Of a DNA stretch of 64,000 nucleotides, positions 28,008 through 37,078 are shown piece by piece. Where the stretch lies: assembly GCA_965267575.1 (NCBI GenBank), contig OZ254086.1:864001-928000 (forward strand). The letters are read 5' to 3'. A model generated the notes under the pieces. It worked only from the letters and a program-made list of their open reading frames with translations. It did no database searches and was not told where the DNA came from. The stretch comes from Calditrichales bacterium (lineage in GTDB: Bacteria > Calditrichota > Calditrichia > Calditrichales > J004). The position numbers and the translations under genes were made by a program. How positions within the stretch are numbered: position 1 is the first letter of the stretch; every line of letters begins with the position of its first letter.

Positions 28008-29429
28008 TTAACTTTCAACAGCATTGTCCGGAATATCCAGACCAAAATAGCTGTGAATAAACGCTTTTCTTCCCCGGTCCAGCTTGGCGTATTGCATCAT
28101 TTTATAAAGCTTGTTCTGCTCACGTTTCAACTTTTTATCCAGGTATGCCTGATCCGTAAGCTTATCGGGCAATTCGCCGGTGACTTTCAGATTTTTACCT
28201 TCAATACTGCCCTCAATCAGGTTGTAGCGGTCAAAAATAGAAAGCACCGTTTCCGCGCGAAAATCCCGTCTGTTCTTGAACGTTAACTGCTCCTTGAAAT
28301 AGTCCATTCCCTCGGCATTAATGCGTTCGGTATCAGATTGTAAAAGATTGTAAGCACGGTAATAGAAATCCGCGGAAGGATTATTCCAACGTATAAATTC
28401 TAATTGTATGTTCAAATCCTGCTCATCGTATAAAAGCTGGCACAGCGAGGGTTTGCCGTCCCGCCCCGCCCGTCCGATCTCCTGGTAATAAGATTCCAGT
28501 GAGCCGGGTACCTGCGCGTGTAGCACAAAGCGAATGTCCTCCTTGTCAATACCCATGCCGAATGCATTCGTCGCCAGGATCAACGGACTCTCACCGCCCA
28601 TAAACGCGTCCTGTATGCGGCGCCGGCTGCGGTTGTCCAGATCGCCATGATAGACGCGGTGCGGGACCTTGCGGCTGTTCAGCAATTCACTCATCCGCTC
28701 AAGATCTTTAATAAGGGCAAAATAGACGATACCGCTGCCGGGATGCTCGGCGATCACCTTGAGGATAGCCTTCAGTTTTTCATCCTCGCCCCAAACGTTT
28801 TTGCGATCCAGTTTCAGGTTGGGCCGCTCAATGCCCTCGTGGAACAGGTGCATGTTGCCGCTTTCCAGCCCCAGCTGGCGCATAATATCCTGCTGCACTT
28901 CCGGCGTGGCCGTTGCCGTAAGCGCCACCGTCAACGGATTGCCCATGATCTGCCGGAATTCACGCAAACGCGTATAATCGGGCCGGAAGTCGTGCCCCCA
29001 CTCGCTGATACAGTGGGCCTCGTCAACGGCCAGCAGGTCTATCTTCCTGCCACGAAGAATTTCAATAAATTCAGCTTTGCGGAATCGCTCCGGGGTAACA
29101 TAAAGAAGCTTGTGACGACCTTTGCTAAGCGCGTTGTATCGCTGTTCCCGCTCTTTTTTGTCCAAAGATGAATTGATATAAATAGCGTCGATATTCTTGC
29201 GGCGCAAAGCATCCACCTGGTCTTTCATCAGCGCGATGAGCGGAGAGATAACCACAGTCAGGTCATTCAGCATAAGTGCCGGCACCTGGTAGAGCAGGGA
29301 CTTACCGGAGCCCGTCGGCATAATAACAAGCGAATGCTTGCCGGCCAGAATGTGGTCTATGACCTCTTTTTGAATGCCGCGAAAATCATTATAATTGAAG
29401 TGTTTGCGCAATATATCGTGAGCTATCAT
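28008..29429 (-). CDS. recQ: RecQ family helicase, short form (no HRDC domain)
   Basis: MPTGSGKS, SPLIALMKDQV, DEAHCISEWGHDFRP, LTATAT, ATNAFGMGIDK and YYQEIGRAGRDG motifs. Confidence 0.92.
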   Translation of the reverse strand: MIAHDILRKHFNYNDFRGIQKEVIDHILAGKHSLVIMPTGSGKSLLYQVPALMLNDLTVVISPLIALMKDQVDALRRKNIDAIYINSSLDKKEREQRYNALSKGRHKLLYVTPERFRKAEFIEILRGRKIDLLAVDEAHCISEWGHDFRPDYTRLREFRQIMGNPLTVALTATATPEVQQDIMRQLGLESGNMHLFHEGIERPNLKLDRKNVWGEDEKLKAILKVIAEHPGSGIVYFALIKDLERMSELLNSRKVPHRVYHGDLDNRSRRRIQDAFMGGESPLILATNAFGMGIDKEDIRFVLHAQVPGSLESYYQEIGRAGRDGKPSLCQLLYDEQDLNIQLEFIRWNNPSADFYYRAYNLLQSDTERINAEGMDYFKEQLTFKNRRDFRAETVLSIFDRYNLIEGSIEGKNLKVTGELPDKLTDQAYLDKKLKREQNKLYKMMQYAKLDRGRKAFIHSYFGLDIPDNAVES

Positions 29430-29491
29430 CTGATCTGATATGAAATTATACTTATTTAATGCAACCGGACGGTTAAAATATAAATTTTTAC

Positions 29492-29520
29492 TTGACTTTC
29501 ACAGGCATATATAATATTAT
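29492..29520 (+). promoter_or_regulatory. Sigma70-type promoter of the USP gene
   Basis: TTGACT-N17-TATTAT, 85 bp upstream of the ATG. Confidence 0.6.
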
Positions 29521-29604
29521 TTTAGTGAAAAAAGTAACAATTTTGGTGTGATCTTTTAACCTCCGGACTTTAACGAAGAAAGGATAACTTAGGAGGACCC
29601 CCGC

Positions 29605-30501
29605 ATGAAGATCTCTAAAATATTGGTTCCGGTAGATTTTAGCCCGTTTGCAGGCTATGCCACCGACTATGCGATCTACTTCGCTGAGAAGTACGACGCT
29701 GAGATAACCCTTTTCCATGCCATCGTGCTGTACGAAACGGGTGTGGACGAAGAAAGCCACGTTCGGCAAATGGAAGAGATAATCCGGCGCAAGGAAAAGA
29801 CTTCGCACGCCATGCTGGACAAGCATGAAGGCAAGTATGCGAAGGCGGCCCTGAAATTACGCTCCGAAACGGCACGAGGTGTCTCAGCTTCCGATACGAT
29901 TCTGGAGCATCTCGCTGAAAATGATTACGATCTTATCGTAATGGGCACACACGGCAGAACAGGATTAAAAAACCTGATATATGGAAGTGTTGCCGAGAAA
30001 ATTGTTCGCCTGTCCGCTGTGCCCGTGATGACCGTACATAACGGTCCGGACAGACAAGTTGACATCAAGAAAATCCTGGTCCCGATTGATTTTTCGGAAA
30101 ATTCCCGCAAGGGAGCGGAAAGGGCATTGGACCTGGCAAAAGAGTTTGGCGCGAAAGTGGAATTCCTGCATGTGATTGAACAGCAATTGCATCCCTCATT
30201 CCACGTCGTCGGTATAGAATCTATTTTTGCCATCAATCCGGACCTGAAAAAAATATCGTCGGAGAAGTTGCGCGAATTTGTGCCAAGCGACGTGCAGGCC
30301 GATTACACCGTCATGGAAGGAAGCGCGCCGCAAACGATTGTGGAGTATGCCAAAGAGAACAAATTTGATTTGATTGTAATGTCCACGCGCGGCTTTACCG
30401 GCATCGATCATTTGCTTATAGGTTCCACAACGGAGCGCGTGGTGCGCCTGGCGGAATGCCCCGTATTAACGGTCGGCCGGCGCAAAATTGAAAAAGTTTA
30501 A
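29605..30501 (+). CDS. Tandem-domain universal stress protein
   Basis: Two USP domains (KILVP.DFS; DLIVMGTHGRTG...GSVAEKIVR; DLIVMSTRG...GSTTERVVR). Confidence 0.95.
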   Translation: MKISKILVPVDFSPFAGYATDYAIYFAEKYDAEITLFHAIVLYETGVDEESHVRQMEEIIRRKEKTSHAMLDKHEGKYAKAALKLRSETARGVSASDTILEHLAENDYDLIVMGTHGRTGLKNLIYGSVAEKIVRLSAVPVMTVHNGPDRQVDIKKILVPIDFSENSRKGAERALDLAKEFGAKVEFLHVIEQQLHPSFHVVGIESIFAINPDLKKISSEKLREFVPSDVQADYTVMEGSAPQTIVEYAKENKFDLIVMSTRGFTGIDHLLIGSTTERVVRLAECPVLTVGRRKIEKV

Positions 30502-30566
30502 GTGTTCAGGGTGAAAGTATCCGTTAAAATTATGCGGGGAGTTTTGGCGGACCCCCTGAACACTTA
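30499..30566. repeat. 68-bp long inverted-repeat element between convergent genes
   Basis: TAAGTGTTCAGGG...CCCTGAACACTTA perfect 13-bp arms plus an inner imperfect stem. Confidence 0.6.
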
Positions 30567-30572
30567 TTTTTT

Positions 30573-31415
30573 TTAAAGTTTTAGCAGGCGGGTAATTGTA
30601 AAACCCAGACGCCAATCATCGCGTGAATCGGATCCTGCCAGATACTGAGTGCTATTCAAGCGCGTGCTGTTCGAGACAAATATCTTGAAAAAATGCCCGC
30701 CTGTTTCCAGTTCCACACCGAATGAAAATGGATTAAAGCCGGCTTTATGTCCTGAAACCGTGCTGTTCCACTCCACAGCCGCGCTCCATATCATCGAAAT
30801 ATAGTATTGTGCGTAGAGGCCCGCCGTAACGGAGTTTTTTGTCTCAGCGCTGCGTATGGCGCTATTTGACACAAATGAAGGTACTACCCCAATACCCAGC
30901 TTTTCGGCAATCATTGTATTTAAAATCAGCTGCCCGTAAAACTGGTTGCCGTTTTCAACCGAATTATCGTCAACAGTGGTGAACGCGGCACCGGCCCGCA
31001 ACGCGGCTTTTAATGGCAGCATATCACTACGCACGGCCAGGAAACTCCATTTGCCATAAACATCCCAGTTATCGTCCAGGTTACTGCGTCCGCCAAATAA
31101 AAGGATCTTGTCCGTCGGCGCCCAGCCCAGAGCGATGCGCATATTAACCGGCCCGTCGAGCCCATAAAGATTATCTGCCGGGTCACCGTAGGCGGGCGTC
31201 TCGCTGAGCGGTGGCAAAAAGCGGTGGGAAATTTCAAATTGCAGATCGTTTTTCTGCAGCGTTTCCGCGGTGGGCAGCGCAATCACATGCGTTGAATGCA
31301 GCAAGGCCAACGGCGGCTCTGTGGGCGTGTCGGTACGCTCCCACTTTACCTGGCCAAAAACCGGATTCGCCAAAAACGCTATCAAAAAAAGTATTGTTAT
31401 GCTTTGCTTTAACAT
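30573..31415 (-). CDS. DUF5777-type outer-membrane beta-barrel
   Basis: Signal peptide; LQFEISHRF, LYGLDG...RIAL, ELETGGHFFKIF.SN and LGF.ITRL motifs. Confidence 0.8.
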   Translation of the reverse strand: MLKQSITILFLIAFLANPVFGQVKWERTDTPTEPPLALLHSTHVIALPTAETLQKNDLQFEISHRFLPPLSETPAYGDPADNLYGLDGPVNMRIALGWAPTDKILLFGGRSNLDDNWDVYGKWSFLAVRSDMLPLKAALRAGAAFTTVDDNSVENGNQFYGQLILNTMIAEKLGIGVVPSFVSNSAIRSAETKNSVTAGLYAQYYISMIWSAAVEWNSTVSGHKAGFNPFSFGVELETGGHFFKIFVSNSTRLNSTQYLAGSDSRDDWRLGFTITRLLKL

Positions 31416-31425
31416 CTCTTCTCCT

Positions 31426-31986
31426 TTAAGACGAAACGTTTTTTATGAAAAAATCAAGCCTCAGCCTCATCTCTTCATCTATTTTCATAAACATGATTTG
31501 CGGTATCTCGATATTGAAATCGGACAGCATAACGGAAAAGGATGTTTTAATCCTGAATCCGTTTTCGTATGGTGTAAGCGTGCCGCTTGTCTCCAGCGGT
31601 TTTTCAATCCCGTGGATAAAAATTTTGCCACTGGTTATAACCTTTTTTATACCATTGGTGCTGTCTTCAACGGAAATTATTTTTCCGCTGAAATAGGTTA
31701 TGGGGTATTTATCCGTATGCAGATAATTCTCACGCATATGGCGGTTACGCAAACCGATGCCCGTATCAATTGAATTGAGATCTACCTCGAAATAAAGCTC
31801 GCTGGCATTGGTCCATTCTTCCCCTTCATAATAGACATAACCGTCAATCTGGTCGGTGATTCCCTCAAAATCCTCAAGCGGCGCATCCGAGATAAATTTA
31901 ACCATATTATCCCGTTCTTTGTCCACATGAAATTCGGCCGCGGAAACTGTGAGTGCGGTCGCTAAAATGATTAAAAAGATTCTCAT
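31426..31986 (-). CDS. YceI family protein
   Basis: F.SDAPLEDFEG, VDL.SIDTGI.LRNRHMRENYL.T.KYP, IHG and DFNI.IP motifs. Confidence 0.9.
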   Translation of the reverse strand: MRIFLIILATALTVSAAEFHVDKERDNMVKFISDAPLEDFEGITDQIDGYVYYEGEEWTNASELYFEVDLNSIDTGIGLRNRHMRENYLHTDKYPITYFSGKIISVEDSTNGIKKVITSGKIFIHGIEKPLETSGTLTPYENGFRIKTSFSVMLSDFNIEIPQIMFMKIDEEMRLRLDFFIKNVSS

Positions 31987-31995
31987 AACGTGTCC

Positions 31996-32415
31996 TTACC
32001 GTGTTGCGCCACGATCAATCCAGGCGGCGATGGAGTCGATGGTGGCGTCGCTTAATGCCGAGCGGTTGCGCGGCATTCTGTCACCGCTTATACCCTGTCC
32101 GCGCAGTTTGTTTATCAGATAGCTTTCATCGCTGGCCAGGGGTTTTACCCGGAGCAACTGCGGCATCTGACCGCTGGCAACGCCCACGAGGTTATCATAG
32201 GCCAAACCTTCGCTGAGGTCAAGACCAAAGGGCGCCTCTCCGCCCAGGTGGCAGCCTGAAACCGCGCAGGAAACGGAAAAAACGCGATCCTGGATTTCAT
32301 TGAATTGAGCAGGAATACCCTCACCCTGCGAAGACGCCGGGTTGCTTTCCGAACAGGACATCAAACACAGCGCAGCAAAAACAGTAAGAGTAATAGCATG
32401 AAAGGTGAACCTCAT
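31996..32415 (-). CDS. Lipoprotein with a c-type cytochrome-like domain (CX4CH)
   Basis: Lipobox LMSC; CAVSGCH, SYLINKL, RMP (distal Met) and I.AWI..GA motifs. Confidence 0.8.
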   Translation of the reverse strand: MRFTFHAITLTVFAALCLMSCSESNPASSQGEGIPAQFNEIQDRVFSVSCAVSGCHLGGEAPFGLDLSEGLAYDNLVGVASGQMPQLLRVKPLASDESYLINKLRGQGISGDRMPRNRSALSDATIDSIAAWIDRGATR

Positions 32416-32427
32416 AGAACCCCCTTT

Positions 32428-32814
32428 TCAGGTGAGATGATAAATGTCTACTTTTTGTCTTATTAAACGATTTACATATAACATTTTTGAGCTTTTGCCC
32501 GGGAAGATATGCTTCCAGTCGCCCTTTTCATCACGAATAACCGAGCCCCATATCTTGCGTTTACGGTTTTCCGAAAACACCTCCCAGAAGAGGTAGCCGA
32601 AATAGGCCGTCGTTTTATCTATCCAGAAACCGGGAAGGCGTTCACCAATCTCAACTTCGATTTCCTTTAACGGCAAATACTCATAGCCCCGGCGCAGCAG
32701 GCAGGCCCTAAAACGATCGCTTTCATCTTTGCCCTGCCAAAGCAACTCGTGGACGTAGCGCTTAACGCCGCGGCCCAGGATGATGTCTTCAAAAACTGCG
32801 TCCAATTCATTCAT
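32428..32814 (-). CDS. Hypothetical protein
   Basis: 128-aa ORF co-oriented with the downstream genes, 12 bp gap; no motif recognised. Confidence 0.6.
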   Translation of the reverse strand: MNELDAVFEDIILGRGVKRYVHELLWQGKDESDRFRACLLRRGYEYLPLKEIEVEIGERLPGFWIDKTTAYFGYLFWEVFSENRKRKIWGSVIRDEKGDWKHIFPGKSSKMLYVNRLIRQKVDIYHLT

Positions 32815-33064
32815 GGCTTAACATAAGCCGGTACCGTGAAAAATGAATAACAAAAGAATCAATTCATTGAACTTTCTGAGTTGGGCCTGTGGTTGGCATT
32901 AACAATACAATTAACATACCAGACGCTTTTAAGTGACATTTGTCGTATCGACGGCCCATGCCATGCGCATAAATTGCGCGGCACCTGCAATTCATTCGCA
33001 CCTTAATTCGAATTTTTTGCAAATGTGCTTTATATTTCGGACAACCAAAGCAGTAAAATTCCTG

Positions 33065-34036
33065 ATGTTTAAGAATATTTTTAAAATCGCCCTGGCTGTT
33101 TCACTGACCGGCTCCTGCTTCGAAGACGCCGCCCGCGAGAATCCGCTGGATCCGGCCAACGGCTCTCAATACATGGTGGAAGGAACGGTGTCAACATTTT
33201 TTGAGCCCCGCTCGGCCATTGAGCGCGCCATCATCATGGCAGCGGGCGAAGACAAAACCGCCATCACTTCGGCGGACGGGCGCTATGCCATGGATGTTGA
33301 AAAGCCGGGCACATACCGCATTACCTGCAGCGCGGAAGGTTTTTTTGCCGATACGGTGCATATCACCGTTTCCCAAAGACACACGCTAAACTTCCGGCTG
33401 AATGCCCGACCGTCTTTTGCGGAGACACAACTCACAAGCCACCGCATATCACGCTGGTTTCCAGTGGAAGATGTCTATTTTCTGGAAGCCCGCGTTTTGG
33501 TTGATGATGCCGACGGACCCGGTGACATACGGTTTGTCACGATGGATATACCGCTTACACAAACAAGGGATACGCTCGATCTGCAGCAGCAAAGTGGTCG
33601 CTGGTTCAGCCGCCTATACGATTATGACCTGCCCATTAGCAGCATCCATGACCTTATCGGTAATCCGGTAATCTTTAATGCCCACAACAATGACTCGATG
33701 TTTACCCGTTCAGAAAACATATATTTGACGCGTGTTATCGAAACAGAACCGTTACCGGTAACGCCGAATGCTTTTGAGACAGTACCTGAGGACAGCATTG
33801 TTTTTAGCTGGGAAAGGATATACCTGCCCTACGCCTTTGATCTGCAGATTACGATTTTTTCTGTTGACCTGGGACTGCTCGTAGAAATAGATCGAATCGA
33901 ATCCATCTCACAAACCGCTGACAGCTATGTGTACCGGCACAACCTGCCGGCAGGCGATTATTTCTGGACACTGACCATAGTGGATCGCTTTGGCAATACA
34001 AGCCGCTCCAAAGAAAGTACATTCAGAGTAGAATAG
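33065..34036 (+). CDS. Lipoprotein with a carboxypeptidase-regulatory-like (transthyretin-fold) domain
   Basis: MFKNIFKIALAVSLTGSC lipobox, NPLDP, and T.ADGRY......PGTY.IT.SAEGF patterns. Start set at ATG 33065. Confidence 0.72.
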   Translation: MFKNIFKIALAVSLTGSCFEDAARENPLDPANGSQYMVEGTVSTFFEPRSAIERAIIMAAGEDKTAITSADGRYAMDVEKPGTYRITCSAEGFFADTVHITVSQRHTLNFRLNARPSFAETQLTSHRISRWFPVEDVYFLEARVLVDDADGPGDIRFVTMDIPLTQTRDTLDLQQQSGRWFSRLYDYDLPISSIHDLIGNPVIFNAHNNDSMFTRSENIYLTRVIETEPLPVTPNAFETVPEDSIVFSWERIYLPYAFDLQITIFSVDLGLLVEIDRIESISQTADSYVYRHNLPAGDYFWTLTIVDRFGNTSRSKESTFRVE

Positions 34037-34044
34037 GATACTTT

Positions 34045-35526
34045 ATGCAAAACAACCCCTACGAATCGCTATTGGAAATCTCTGAAACCATCCATTCCGG
34101 AAAGGACCTCAACGATGTGCTGGACCGCATTATCGATACGGCCATGAAGGGTTTGGAAGCGGAGCGCGGCTTTATTTTGCTGAATACGCCGGAGAATCCG
34201 ACCGAATACAAGCCGGTGGCCGCGCGCAACATCACCCGTGAGACGATCACCGAAATAAACGCGCACTCTTCCAGCGTGGTGAAAACAGTGCTGGCGGAGA
34301 AAGAGCCTGTTGTGAGTGTGGACGCACGGACAGATGACCGTTTTACAGGTGCTGAAAGCGTGATGCTGCAACAGATAAAATCAGTTATATGTACACCGCT
34401 TTTGATGGAGGATAAAGTGGTTGGCGCCATTTATATGGACAGCAGGATGTCATCCCACCGCTTTGATAATGAAAGCCTGAAATTTATGCGTGCTTTTGGC
34501 AGGCAGGCTTCCATTGCGCTGCAACACATGGCCGAAAAAGAAGAGTTAAAGCGGGAAAACCTGCGCCTTATGCATGATCGCGATTTGTCCGCGAGATTTC
34601 CCGAGATTATCGGAAAGAGCAACCGCATGAAGCAGGTGCTGGAACTTGTACATACCGTTGCCCGCAGCGACACCACCGTTTTGATCGAAGGTGAAAGCGG
34701 TACGGGAAAGGAACTGGTGGCGCGCAGCATTCACAAAAACTCTCCGCGCTCCGAGCGACCGTTTATCCCGATTTTCTGCGGCAGCCTTTCGGACAGCCTC
34801 CTGGAAAGCGAACTCTTCGGACACAAAAAGGGATCTTTTACGGGTGCCGCCAGCGATAAGGCGGGGCTATTTGAAGAGGCCAACAGCGGCACGGTTTTCC
34901 TGGATGAAATAGCAGATATCAGTCCTGAACTGCAGACAAAGCTGCTGCGGGTGGTACAAAACGGTGAAGTGAAACGCGTTGGGGAAAACCAATTCCGGCA
35001 GGTGGATGTGCGTATTATTTCGGCGACAAACAAGAAGCTTTCCGAGCAGGTGAAAGAGCGCAAATTCCGCGAGGATCTCTATTACCGGTTGAACGTGATT
35101 TCGGTGGAACTGCCGCCTTTGCGCCTGCGTGACGGGGATATTGAACTGCTGTCGCGATACTTTTTTGAACTGTTCCGCAAGAAGAACCGCAAGGACCTGG
35201 AAGGGTTCACATCCGATGCCCTGAAGGCGCTGAAGCAGTACACCTGGCCGGGCAATATCCGTGAATTGGAAAACACGATTGAGCGCGCCGTGGTACTTTG
35301 CAATGAAAAGCAAATTGACACACAACATCTTGGTTTAAACGAGGATCTGGGTCAGCATGTGCCGATCGGGCAAACATTAAAAGAGATAAATAAATACGCC
35401 ATTCTGAAAACAATCGAACTTACCGGCGGAAATCGCACACGCGCCGCGGAAGTGCTGGGCGTATCGCGAAGATGGCTGCAATATCAGTTGAAAGACTGGG
35501 GCATGGTGGATGGAAACGGTGATTGA
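34045..35526 (+). CDS. Sigma54-dependent enhancer-binding protein (GAF-AAA+-Fis HTH)
   Basis: GAF domain; GESGTGKELVA, ESELFGH..GSFTGA, FLDEI, FREDLYYRLNV, WPGNIREL; NRTRAAEVLGVSR HTH. Confidence 0.95.
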   Translation: MQNNPYESLLEISETIHSGKDLNDVLDRIIDTAMKGLEAERGFILLNTPENPTEYKPVAARNITRETITEINAHSSSVVKTVLAEKEPVVSVDARTDDRFTGAESVMLQQIKSVICTPLLMEDKVVGAIYMDSRMSSHRFDNESLKFMRAFGRQASIALQHMAEKEELKRENLRLMHDRDLSARFPEIIGKSNRMKQVLELVHTVARSDTTVLIEGESGTGKELVARSIHKNSPRSERPFIPIFCGSLSDSLLESELFGHKKGSFTGAASDKAGLFEEANSGTVFLDEIADISPELQTKLLRVVQNGEVKRVGENQFRQVDVRIISATNKKLSEQVKERKFREDLYYRLNVISVELPPLRLRDGDIELLSRYFFELFRKKNRKDLEGFTSDALKALKQYTWPGNIRELENTIERAVVLCNEKQIDTQHLGLNEDLGQHVPIGQTLKEINKYAILKTIELTGGNRTRAAEVLGVSRRWLQYQLKDWGMVDGNGD

Positions 35527-37039
35527 AGGTTATCAGGTCATAAGCGAACTGCAGCGCGGCCCGCTAAGCACGGTCTACAAGGCGCTGCAAATCCGCCTTG
35601 AGCGCACGGTGATCCTGAAAGTATTAAACCGCCATGTAAGCGAGGACGATGAAATCCGCGAACGTTTCGCGCGAGAAGCCCGCTCCCTGGCGCGTATCAG
35701 GCATAACAACATTGTTACAGTTTACGATTACGGCATTTCCGGAGACCACGCCTTTATTGCCATGGAGTATATTTCCGGTTCTACTCTGGCGCAGTATCTG
35801 AAAAAAAACGGTCCACTGGATGGCGTAAAAACGGAGAGCCTGTTTGATCAGATCGGTTCGGCGCTGCGCTATATTCACAGCCTGGGCATTGTGCACCGCG
35901 ATGTAAAGCCGGACAACATTTTGATTGACGATGAGGGCCATTTCCGGCTGACAGACTTCGGCCTGGCCCATCTTGTTGACGGCAACCACATGACACAGCA
36001 GGGTGCGAGCCTGGGAACACCGGCTTATATGGCACCGGAGCTCATTGAAGGCGCGCCTGCATCCGCAGCGGCCGATATATTCAGCTTTGGCGTTACGCTT
36101 TACGAAGCGCTGACGGGAGTATCGCCTTTTAAGAGCGAGCAAATTGCCGCAACGCTGCAAAATGTTCTTGGCCGGGATATTGACTTCAGCGATCCGCCCG
36201 TTGCAGAAACCTGGCGGGAGCGCCTGCAGCTTATGCTGCAAAAAGATGTGAGCAAACGCGCCGGTTGGGATGACCTGGTTCAGAAAGAGTCATCCGCGGC
36301 TTTACGCCACGCCGAAGACCATTCGAAATCAAGGAAACGGACGCTGTTTTGGATTGTCCCGTTGCTGGTATTCGCGGTGATTGCCGTAATGGCGTTGCTG
36401 CATGAAGCACCGGAAATAACAAATAGCGCGCAATCCGCCGGGGACAGCAGCGCCTTCACAGCAAGAGCGGATACGATCGGCCGCATAAAAAGCAATGTCA
36501 CGGAAACCGGGGCGGATAGTGCAAAAACAGCCGGTACTGTGCAAAAAACTGCAACACCCAATGAAGCAATCGCACAAAAAGACAAGGTGGATGAAAGCGC
36601 CATCCACCCGGATAGCGCCATGGGCCGGCTGCATGTGCGCGCGGTCCCGTGGGCCGAAGTGTACCTGGACAACGGCTATGTGCAGACAACGCCCTTTACG
36701 CTGGAGAGAAAGGCCGGGGATTATACGCTGGAATTCCGTCATCCGTCACGGCAGAATATTACCAGAACAGTGCGCCTGGCCGCCGGCAACAGTGATACGC
36801 TGGACGTGCTTTTGCCCGCCGTTAACGGCTTTCTGAGCGTATTGGCCGTACCCTGGGGCAATGTATTTGTAAACGGCGAACTGGTGGGGGAAACGCCGCT
36901 GCAGGATTTTGCTTTGCCACAGGGCCGCCATGTATTGCGCATAGAGAACCCATCTTACCCGGCGCTGGTCGATACGATCCGCATTGAGGCCGGTAAGGTA
37001 ACCGAAAAGCGTTTTAGCTTTATCTCTTCTGGCATATGA
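35510..37039 (+). CDS. Membrane Hanks-type Ser/Thr kinase with extracytoplasmic PEGA domains
   Basis: HRDVKPDN, TDFGLA, GTPAYMAPE and DIFSFG motifs; one TM helix; two P.W..V..NG....TP PEGA-like repeats. Confidence 0.92.
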   Translation: METVIEGYQVISELQRGPLSTVYKALQIRLERTVILKVLNRHVSEDDEIRERFAREARSLARIRHNNIVTVYDYGISGDHAFIAMEYISGSTLAQYLKKNGPLDGVKTESLFDQIGSALRYIHSLGIVHRDVKPDNILIDDEGHFRLTDFGLAHLVDGNHMTQQGASLGTPAYMAPELIEGAPASAAADIFSFGVTLYEALTGVSPFKSEQIAATLQNVLGRDIDFSDPPVAETWRERLQLMLQKDVSKRAGWDDLVQKESSAALRHAEDHSKSRKRTLFWIVPLLVFAVIAVMALLHEAPEITNSAQSAGDSSAFTARADTIGRIKSNVTETGADSAKTAGTVQKTATPNEAIAQKDKVDESAIHPDSAMGRLHVRAVPWAEVYLDNGYVQTTPFTLERKAGDYTLEFRHPSRQNITRTVRLAAGNSDTLDVLLPAVNGFLSVLAVPWGNVFVNGELVGETPLQDFALPQGRHVLRIENPSYPALVDTIRIEAGKVTEKRFSFISSGI

Positions 37040-37078
37040 TTTGTATAAACAGGCACTGGAAATAACCAGGCAGGAACT

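Noticed and set aside
32880-32970. Sigma54 -24/-12 promoter
   Set aside because: Only bare GG-N10-GC spacings are present; none matches TGGCAC-N5-TTGC on either strand.
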